A stretch of DNA of 64,000 nt, taken from positions 112,158,001 through 112,222,000 of the forward strand of contig OZ296652.1 in the NCBI GenBank assembly GCA_965655095.1, given 5' to 3'. Under the pieces are notes generated by a model. The model was not told where the DNA came from, made no database searches, and saw nothing but the letters and a program-made list of their open reading frames with translations. The position numbers were made by a program, and so were the translations under genes. The stretch is from Haplodiscus bocki (Eukaryota). Below are positions 21,789 through 31,649 of this stretch, piece by piece (the stretch's first letter is position 1; every line of letters begins with the position of its first letter).

Positions 21789-22880
21789 TTGTGTTTTAAT
21801 GTATTTAGCGTGCTTTGTTTCAGGTTTCCCTCCAAGCGTGCCTCGGGATCGCCTCTCTACACCTGCAGCGGAAAAGTTGCCCTCATATCTCCTGGAGATG
21901 TCATCCACATCTTAGACGAATGGGAGTACAAAGTGCTCCTACTGAACGCCCACTCATGTAGAGTGGTTCTAAAACGCGTGGATCAGGCTTCTAACGGATC
22001 TTATTCGTCGTCCTGTCACCAGCGCAGCTTCATCTGCCCCTCCACAGCCATAAGCTTGATGCCCCCAATCTTACACGATGCCTCGGTGACAGCAGACGAG
22101 TTGACTCAAAATTGCATGTGCGAACTAACCCCACCCCCCATACTACCAGAAGTCGATGACATTGCAACACAGTGCACTTTTACGGATACCTGCTCAGTCT
22201 CCACTCAATGCTACTTTGAGGCAGACGAATACACCGGTTTTAAATGCCAAAAATTCGACACTGTAGATCGTCTAATACAAGGTTTTGAAGAAGCAGAAAC
22301 ATATGCCAATGCCGCTTTCGCTGAGCACTGCTCCCAAGTCAACGAGGTTAATCAACAGAAAGAAAAGATCGCAAACTTACAACAGCGCATCACCGCCCTT
22401 ACAACAGAGAATGAAGCTCTACTTAAACGGACCCTCGAACTAACAGAGGATGTATCCTCCCTAGGATCGATAACAGCAAACAGCCGTCAAGTGCCCGTCA
22501 GGCAAAGAATGGTGTGGTTCAACTTCCTCAAACTGCCTCTTCTGCAAATGCCTTTAGACATATATCCTGAAGACGTGCCTCCCGAATACTTCTTCGATCT
22601 TCTGAATTGTTCCCCTTCTTAGACCCCTGAAGTAAAACAAGAAAACATCCGCTGTCTTTTAGAACTTTTACATCCAGATAAAAATCCTTCCGTCTCTCCT
22701 CTTGCTAGCCAATTCGTTCCAATCATATCCTATTTAAAAACAATTCTACCAGACCCTGCTCTTGTGCCCGTATACAAATGTTGCGACTTCTTTGCCGTTG
22801 TCCGACGCCAAAGAGGATCCAGATCCTGCAAAAAATGCGACCCGTTTTTACAATCACTTGATGATCTAATGGATCTTTAA
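21789..22880 (+). pseudogene. ORF4: coiled-coil protein with C-terminal DnaJ J-domain; one internal TAG at 22620
   Basis: Reading through the TAG gives YFFDLLNCSPS*TPEVKQENIRCLLELLHPDKNPSVSPLASQFVPIISYLKTILPDPALVPVY, which aligns to the J-domain pattern YY..LGV...A...EIK..YR.L....HPDKNP.....F..I..AY..LSDP..R..Y. Ends at TAA 22878-22880. Confidence 0.75.
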
Positions 22881-22961
22881 AATTGTTTTATATTTTTTTA
22901 TATCGTAACAATTGTTGTTTTTTTATTTGCGAGGCGCAAATCCTCTAAACGGCAAGTAATA

Positions 22962-23824
22962 TGACATGCCCGTCAGATTTTATTAACAACAACACCCCGT
23001 TCCCTTCTCAGCGCCGTTCTTTTGTTAAAATTTAATTATGATTCAAGTACCCTCGAGTGCCTTGTCAAATGAAACTTGCTTTCACAAAACACATAATCCT
23101 GTTATCATTGCTGTTTAATATACAAGGTATTCTTTCTACCCTTTCTTCTTACGTACAATAATCTCTCTCTAAAACACTTTAGTGTGCATTTTACACATAC
23201 TCAACTTTTGTGAAACACTTTTGTCTATTGTATGCAACATTTATATGCAGTCGTAAATTTTCCCCTGCTGTTTTACTCAAAGTTTAACATTGTTGCTGAG
23301 GTCAAAACTGACCCGACCCTTGCCCCTGCACTCATTAGACCCTCGACAATTTCATAAAGATTTTTTAAAAAAAATTCCAATCAGATCAACACGAAAGCAA
23401 CTCAGTAAGAAGACCAGTTGCCGAAGAAAACAATCTCTCCTCCGCAACTCAACAAGAGACCCTTCAACCGTCCCCAGAAGCAATTCTGAAGCTATGTAAG
23501 TTTTGTAAACCAAAATTTTAGTTTGAAAGTGTTTTCTTTTTTCTTTTCTCTTCTTTCTTAGTGATTTAAATTCTTTCCTAAAAAACCAAATACATTCACT
23601 TGAGATATTCCGCTTGCAACCGCCAAATCAAAAACACCTAAATGGTAATTTTAGAATTTATTGATTTCTTTTTTAAATAACAGTCGTCGTCCGCATCCAA
23701 AATTACTTTCTAGCGAAATGTTTTGAAAAGCATTTGACTGTTACACTATGTAACGATGCAAATCGTGCCTCCGAATCCAGAGGAATCAGAAAGAGTATGC
23801 GAACGAACATGAAAGCCTATGTCA
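22962..23824 (+). repeat. 3' LTR (863 bp, uninterrupted)
   Basis: TGACA...TGTCA inverted termini; colinear with both halves of the 5' LTR. Confidence 0.95.
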
Positions 23825-24267
23825 ATGGTGCTGTGAAATATGCTGATGTCAAGTTCGCTCGGACGACTCCAGGAAAGGTGAGAAAGTTTGCCTGGTTTTT
23901 ACATATTACGTGATTTTGTTTTATTAATCGAGAATCACCTCTGGTGAAGTGATCCCAGCGTTCTTGTACGAGTCTCTTGAGCCGACGGTGGAAGCTAAAC
24001 CAAATCGATCAACTTTCGGTAATAATATTTTGCCTCGCTTTGTTTGATCTGTCTGGCACTGCTTGTCACTCTATCCGAGCTTTGAAGCTCTCAACGGTCA
24101 AAACTAGTGGTAAATTTTACTTTCACGCTGCATATTGTGCTAGAAATGTTTTTAAAAAGTGAAGTAGCAGAATACAGTTACATCAAATCCTGCCTACGGG
24201 ACCTCATGGAGGAGGAACGAGAGATGTTGGCATTATTTCAGCAAACCCTGCCAACAATTATCGCCTG

Positions 24268-24625
24268 TTAAGTCGTTTTGGTTACCGATAAGCATCCATA
24301 TAAGGAAAGATTGATGGAAAACACTTAGCATAGGCACTTGTATAGTGATTTTTAGGTTGATTTGGTTGCCGACAGGCAAGTATATAGTGAAAAAGTGGAA
24401 AAACACTACCATAGGCTCACGTATATCCACTCTTAGGTTGTTTTGGTTGCCAATAGGCATTTTTAAACTGGAAGTTAGATGAAGAACCTTTAGAGTGGGC
24501 TCGTGTGCATTGACTTTCAGGTTATTTTGACCGACCATGGGCTCGTATAAAGCGATATATTCGGGGAAAATTCTTAGTATCGGCTCATGTATGTTGACTC
24601 TTAGGTTGCTGTTGTTTACAGAAGG
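24268..24625. repeat. Degenerate 81-84-bp tandem repeat, ~4.5 copies
   Basis: TTAGGTTGTTTTGGTTGCC-like core recurs near 24270, 24352, 24433, 24517 and 24601. It shows up as repeated PIGNQNNLRV in the minus-strand ORF. Confidence 0.7.
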
Positions 24626-25529
24626 CTTTCAAACACCGAAAAATTGACAAGATGTACTCAAAAAAAGTTTACGATTCCAAAATCGTCAGTTGTTAGTCTC
24701 ATTGACAATCTCCGAGCCAATGCTTATGCTCGATAGTTTCACAAAACATTTTTCAGCACGTAAAGCAAATCAATACATTTATCAACAAGCACTTGGAAGC
24801 TTTTCAAGTGTCTAAGCATTGAGTTGGTTTCAATAGAAAGAACTTGTTTATTGTCAGAGACGACCAATCTTTTTGTTTTCTTGGGTTTTTTCGTTTCCTT
24901 GTAACTGTTCAAGGCTTCGATGTCATTGTATTTTCCCATGTCGGATAAAACGTTTCACTCATCTTCTGTATACATGGCAATCACTTGAATGTCACTTGAC
25001 TCTTCGCTTCTTCGCAATCTTGGGCATGACTTCCAATGATTTCAATTCCAATTATTAGGCTCTTCAACTGTTGTTCTGAAGTCGTTAAAGTCTCCCGGGT
25101 TCAAGATCAAATATTGAAATTCGCCTTTGAGACTTGTGTATTAGGTTTTGACTCACATCGGAAAGACTGCTTTCCGTAGTTGGCTCTGCTGAGTCTTAAT
25201 CTTCTAAGAAAGGTTCCTTGTTGGCGACGGTTCAACAGCTGATTGATCAAAGTTCATTAGGTTATCCATCAAATCATCTTCAGAAAAAATCTCTTTAATG
25301 TATATCGGGACCAGGCGGAGTACAAATCAAGAGACGATCAAGTTTTGAATTGAGCACTGGGATTGAGGACATTTTCTCCAAAGAGCATCAGATGGGGAAC
25401 GTGGGCGATTTGAAGGCACCCAGTTTTGATTTTGAAACTCAGGACACGTAGGACTAGGTTGAGTCAGCTCTCCTTCAGTTTCCCATTCGTCGTCTTCCAA
25501 TATCTCTCTATCAACGCCGATGTCCCTGA

Positions 25530-28500
25530 TAAAGTAGTGCTCAAGTAGAAGGCAATTTACTCAATCTTCTTCAATGTATTCTTTTGTCATCGAAACAACT
25601 GAATCATGCTTTGTTTGTTATGATTGTACACAGCTGGCAATTTTCCAGAGCCAGTGAGTGTGCTAACAGTTTCAATTGACTCATCATTTTGCCAGAATTC
25701 TCTGTACAAATCATTTTTGAGTTGCTTTTGAGCCAAGTGTGTGACTTTTTTGCCTACAGTTGTTGTTTTTCCACCGTATAGAAATGAATACATTTTCTAT
25801 TCGATTCCAAACCAATGCACTCCCCTATTGGTTGCCCCGTAAGTTCGTTTTTGAAATTCAGTTCAACTACTTTTTGATCGGTATTGTGCCAATCATGAAA
25901 TGGGGATAGATGGACAAGTCGAAAAATTGTCTGAGTTCAACTTTTTTTTCAATGCCTCATAGAAGTTCTTCTTGACCTCAAACAAGAACGAATCAGTGTT
26001 TGAGTACAACAGCTTGCAATTGAAGTTAGTTTTCATCACATTGTAATTGAAGTCGTATATGTAAAAGTTAGCCACACCAAGCTTTGTGGCATCCACTAAC
26101 GTAGGTTCATTCCACAAAATGTTTCTTTTATTTGTTGCTATTGCTGACAAGTTGTCACTGAAACTTTTGGAACCGGTGAACAATCGAAGCACTCGGCCTT
26201 GTCAGCTATTTCGGCTCACATTTGTTTGGTTCGTCTTCCTCTACAACGTCTTTCCGTAACAGCTAATAGTCAAAAATTCATGGAAACATTATTCAACTAG
26301 TTTCTCGTTTCTTGGCGCTTGTGAGTGTTGAGCTTGATGTAAAGTTTCATCCACTTATCTTGGTTGAAATGTAATATTCGGTGGACCTTCTTCACAACCA
26401 ATGTCAAACTAACATTAATAGTGATTTGGATTTAGTGTTGTGTGTGGTTAGGTTTGTTAGAGAGGGTTTTAATCATTTTTTTACAAGTGCTTGTTCTGTC
26501 TGTTTAAGGTCGGCGATCCAACAACTTCAATTACCAATCACTCAGGTTTTTAGATATCAATTCCTTTATTGGGGCTATTGGCAAGTCAGTCTGCGCATCG
26601 CGCAAATATTCGGGATACTGTAGGTCGACTTCAAATATATAATCATCAGTGGAGTCATCAGGGTTGTTCAGAACGTCTTGCAAATTCAAATCACCGGCTA
26701 GCTTAAAATTGTTCAAAGGCAATGAAAATTTTTCCATGATACCTCCTTGAAAGTTATTTCCATCCACTAACACTCCGAAATTTTGAAGTTTATCTGGGAT
26801 AAATGTGTCAAGGCACGTATTGTTGGCTCTGAAATACCTTTTCTGGAAGACGGAAAAACCGCCACCACGAATCATGTTTTCCAGCATCTCTAAATGCTAT
26901 TGGTCTGTCAAAGAACCGAGGTTCACACTTGAGGTTCCAATGAAGGTATCACTTGAAAGTGGGAGCATGTGAAATTTTGAGTTTATTTGTTTCAGCCTAT
27001 TTGTTTCATGAGAGACCCGATGGAGTTCCTCCATTACACAAGCAAGTAAAGGTGAGTCAGTTTTCGAATGTAAATCGTGGTAGACACCGAGATTTTTGCA
27101 CCTGAATGTGTTGAAGTAATTGAGGGCCATGTTCCATTCTGCCTCTCTGATGGTTACTTCACCATCTCTCAAGGAACTCTTCCGATGTGTTTTTATTGAT
27201 AAATTCTTCTCCTTGATGTTGTTATTATCACCCTAATATGAATAAGGACAAAAACCTTTGCAGTGTAACAGTAGTGTTTGTTCGTTGCCATATTGCTGGA
27301 GTTGTTTGTCGAACAAATCAAGTCTATCTCGTGGAAGGTAGCTCACAAAATTCTCCTATGATTTTCCCTTGAAGTGAAACGAACTAACAAACCTAAAGTA
27401 CTTGTAAAACCGTTTGTTCGTTGTTGGCTTGTTACTTGTTCACTGGAAGTCACAAAGAGTGTCAAATTTTTTTTCGTCTGTGGAAAGTAAACACAATTCA
27501 AGTCTATTTTCTCGCAAAAACTTTTGCAATTGTTTGAAAAGTGGTGAAAATCACAAATAGATCGATTGAGGGCAACAATTGGAGCGAAATTCATGGCCTT
27601 TTTTCTGAGGTTGCACTTAGTATGAGCATCACCGACAAACCTTCACTCTAGTGACAATGGTTTAATACTTTGTCATCGTCTTCGTCAGCAAACAGTTCCT
27701 CACATATCCGGCAGGCAGTGACAGATTGTGGTCCAGGTGGCGCGATACCTCTATAGAACCTGCACGCTTGTTCCGTGTTATAGACGTTTTTGTTATCTGT
27801 TGTGTGTCTTTAACAAGTTTTGACATACATTTTCGCGACCGTTATAGCAGTACAAAGGGTGGACTAGGAATGCCATGCGCTACGTCGACTGAGCAGTAGC
27901 CGCTTAGTTTATGTAACTCGATAGTCTCCGTTGACTGCTGCGGATAAACGCAACTTGATACCGTTAAAATGGGCGATTCCAGGTCACAATAAACAACAAT
28001 TGGTGCGAGCCAGCCTGCTTTCAATTCCTGCTGGTGACCTCAATGCGATTCGTGGTAGGCAATTGAATTCTGGTGGGTTCGTTGTTGAAACAACTTCGCA
28101 TATGTCAGTCCAAAAATTCTGAGAGAAACCGATGTAATGACAGTTGCGACAAATGACATACCTTGCTCTTAATTTTCTACGAGTAACTTTGTTGATCACA
28201 TTTGTTAGAGTGGTTATGAGAACATGATGATACGTTGAGCCCTCATCCAATAGCAACAAGTCTATTTGCAAACCACTTCCTTGTTTCATTGAACTTGGAA
28301 TACGTACCAATATCTTCCCCTCAAAGACGTAAACAGTCTCTCATTAGCAATTGTATTTCAGATGAATGATATGTTGGGAAAATTGTTCAGGTGTTTTATT
28401 GTCTTTTGATAAACAAGATAAGAGTAAATGTATATGTTACTGGAAAATGTTAATTTTGCAGTTGTTGAGATATTCAAACTTGGGTAGTTAGTCAACACCC

Positions 28501-29450
28501 ATTAGCATTTGAGCTTCTCCAAGTGATTGATGTGCCAGCAGATTGGAGGGGGAGCGAGTGAATGCAATTGTTTTTCGCCGCTATGATCATTCCCGAAGCC
28601 TCGAAAGCGGGGGCCCATGCTCCAAGTGCCATGCCACGGTGCAGCAAAAGAGGAAGCAAGTGAAGTCAACACAACCCCGGATGTTTATTAGCTTTGGAGA
28701 ACTTGACTGTGGCTCCGTTGGAAGAGAACTTTAGGAAAAATTTCTAATTGGATTGAACATAGCAAGTCTGATGTCTAACTATGATTTTTCATCTAGCAAC
28801 CAGTCACTCGCTGAAGCTGTGATTGTGAAAAAAATTGCCTGCGTTGCATTCACCATGTCGAGAAACTTTTTGGAAGACAGACCGCTTTTAGAGACTGTTT
28901 GCAATCCTGGCCGAACGAATATAGTCATCCAAGCGCCGTGTTGAGTTGGGTTTTTCGGCTCTAGGGTGGCGCAGAAAATAAGTTTTTGCGATTTTTGGCT
29001 GCCGTTACTTTTTGTTACATTGCCTATGGCGATTTTCAATTCCAACATAAATTCGAGTACTTCATCCTCAGCAATCACCTGCATTGAAAGAACCTTCAGT
29101 GCTCCGTCGAAAGCTGACGCAACAGGCGACTTCTCATTCTGATTTCTTGATGGAGTTGATAGTTCATGAACTTGATCTAGATGTTCATGAAAAGGCTCTT
29201 TATAAATAAACACTCTTCAACAGTAGATGAATGTTTTGCGAACAAAATTGTCATAGGCCGTGCGGAAAAATTTCACCTTGGCGGCCGTAACCTCTGGCTT
29301 GAAGGGGCCTAAAGAGCATTTCTTCTCTATCCTGAGTTGGTCAAATTCGTGAATCCTACGGCGGTGCGGATTCAAATTTTGTCTGTTAGCAAAAATTTTG
29401 AGACATTGTTCGCAGGTAGCTGCCTTTTCCGATTTTTATTCTCTCTACTT
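25530..29450 (-). pseudogene. Polinton-type DNA polymerase B with N-terminal C2H2 finger and EndoVII-like Zn module
   Basis: In order: CEQCLKIFANRQNLNPHRRRIH; VVYCDLES (ExoI); CRIC...DKVLNHCH...AHTKCNL; NLGVYHDLHSKTD..LLA; IRGG..RYFRANN..VDGNNFQGGIM (motif A); ISCYGKT (motif B); LLYSNTDS (motif C); FKNELTG; SCFDDK. Confidence 0.88.
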
Positions 29451-30249
29451 TTTTCTTTCCAGTAACTTGAATGTTGGTTTGCTTTTTTAGCCACATCTCG
29501 CCACATAACTGGGCTAATTGCTTCACTACGTTGGCTTGTCTGGACCTAGTTCCGTCAATGAACGTTGAGGTTTGCTTTGTTTTTACAGAATAATTGTCCC
29601 GAGCGACTCAAGAATTTTCAATTTATTTGTTTCGTGCCCCTGCAGTTTTTTCCAGGAGTTTGCAATGCATCGTTTGCACATGGCTACCTAGCATACTCGA
29701 ATCGAAAGTAAGTGCCTATCTCTTTGACGTTTTTGTTATGAACAGTTTTTGCATCCATTGCTTTAATGTCCAGAATCGTCATGCAAATTTGCTAATCATC
29801 GTATGAGTCTTTCTAACCGTGAAAACCTCGCTCATGCAGAGCTAGACTCTGTATAGTGTGTTTTTCATCTCGTCTTCCACTGCTTTCATTTTCCACTTGT
29901 TTAAATGTAATTGATAACCCTCTAAGTTACGGCAAAAATATTTTACAATTGACATTGATTGCAGAGAGAAACAGATCTTGATATTGACGTATAAAAGATT
30001 TTGAAACTACTTCTTTGTGCTCAAAACGGCAACGGATGCAATTAAATGGCATCAATATTAAAATGTGAAAGATGTAAAGTCAAGATCAGTTTGTTAAAAA
30101 CCATTCGTCATTTAGAAGCTCATTCAAATTTTGGTTCTGGCAGTGAGATACTAGACTGAGATAGTTGTCCATGGGGACAATCGAGTAAAAAGAAAAACGA
30201 AAGGAATAAAGATTACAAAATCCATTGAAATGAGACAAGTGAAACATGC

Positions 30250-30740
30250 TACAAATCAATCAATGCGACGCTACAGAACTACTCGTATTTTTATCATCAA
30301 GAAAAGTGCTTCATTGAGCGAACTAGTTGATTTTCTGCAATAAACGGTATGGATGGACAGTAGGAACTTTGAATGTAAAAACAAAAATGCATACAAAAGA
30401 GTCCACAGTTTTAAGTGGTGGGTCCCTGCAGTGAGTGATCAATTACTTTTTTGACTTTGAAATAGGCATGAAATGGTCAATCGTGAATGTGATTACGTTG
30501 ACGAAAAGGGAGTCATAGAGGGTCTACGGGGAGATAATCTCCAACTTTGTTGCAGAAGAGAAACCAACGGGTTCCCAAAAGTTCTGCTTTGTCGGAATTC
30601 ACAATGAAAATGTATTCTCAACCAATAAGACAGAAAAATTGTCAGCAACATAAACACCGACGAGCTTGTAATTGAGGTGTTTACATATGCAAAACAGCTG
30701 TGACAAGCTAACTTCGTCAATCGTTTCCTGGCATCAATTT
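30250..30740 (-). pseudogene. Adenain-like cysteine protease remnant
   Basis: Hand translation across frameshifts gives CKHLNYKLVGVYVADNF...IVNSDKAELLGTRWFLF...VDPL and QGPTT*NCGLFCMHF. These correspond to the Polinton protease motifs IVN...G.HW, D.LG and Q....CG.FC. Confidence 0.65.
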
Positions 30741-30781
30741 TTGTGTTGATTAGAATATTTTTGAATAGTTGTCAACCAGAG

Positions 30782-31085
30782 TCAATATAAATTTATGCGG
30801 ATTTTTGACAAAAAAAGTTCAGTGTTGATTGCCAACCCAGTTGCGAATCGTAAATCCACCAAAAATGACGCAATAATCAGCACGGGGGAGAGATAAATAT
30901 GTGATGTCTGCTGTAGGTTGGTACGGCGAAAAGCCATAAAGTAAGGATTAGCGAAATCTGAGAACGGCATACCATGACCATGATGATTATTGAACGCTAA
31001 CGCTTCCAAAGAGTTCAAATAGATTTTTTTATCGTCATCAGTTACCAAGGGGATTCTTGTATCGGGTAGACCTTCCCGATAGGAT
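30782..31085 (-). pseudogene. Polinton major capsid protein, C-terminal fragment
   Basis: KKIYLNSLEALAF..HGHGMPFSDFANPYFMAF...VDLRFATGLAINTELFL resembles the MCP C-terminus (GI...DF..G....AFDLT....L.F...L). It lies directly upstream of the protease. Confidence 0.6.
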
Positions 31086-31649
31086 ATACCACTGAATCTA
31101 AGTCAAAGCACCATCACTGTCGGCTAGTGAAACGGATGATAAGCTGACTAAGCTTTTTAGCTTACATTAACCAGTCGAAAGACAATAATTTATCTCAAAC
31201 CAGCATCGAACGAGTGAATTAATCTAATAACAGCTTTTTTCCATTGATTTTGGTGGCAACATAACTAGCCTTTTGATTGATAGAGCATATGTGAACAAAT
31301 TAAAACCTGGTTATTTGATTTGTTTTCACTGTTTTGATCGAGAAAAATTCTGATATCGCATAATTTATGAAATTATAAAAACAACATTGCATGTAACTTT
31401 ATACGTGAGAACAAAAAATTTTTTTAATTTTTTTCGTTGATTTCAACAATATTTTTGTATAATTTTTTCCCGCGTACTCACCAAACCATATTTAGGTGTT
31501 GATTTATGTGTGGTAGGAATTTGTACAGGAAACTATTATGACGAACTGAAAAACTACTCCATTTTGTGAATAGCGAGCACTACGGCAATTGAATTTTTTC
31601 GTGATATCTGAAATAAAAAAATACTAGAAAGTGTTATTACAAATCTATG

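Larger units (their letters stand above)
6201..23824 (+). mobile_element. env-bearing Ty3/Gypsy LTR retrotransposon (endogenous retrovirus-like), decayed, with nested LINEs
   Basis: Two direct LTRs with TGACA...TGTCA termini. Internal order is gag, PR-RT-RH-(macro)-IN remnant, env, ORF4. Integrase lies after RNase H, which is the Gypsy order. Confidence 0.93.
25500..31100 (-). mobile_element. Decayed Polinton/Maverick (adintovirus-like) element A
   Basis: Co-oriented remnants of major capsid, adenain-like protease and protein-primed PolB. Termini not found. Confidence 0.8.

Noticed and set aside
21273-21915. Cluster of overlapping short ORFs between env and ORF4
   Set aside because: Low-complexity, stop-poor sequence with no domain signatures.
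23290-23499. 69-aa basic ORF within the 3' LTR
   Set aside because: Non-ATG start, no motif, and it lies within LTR sequence.
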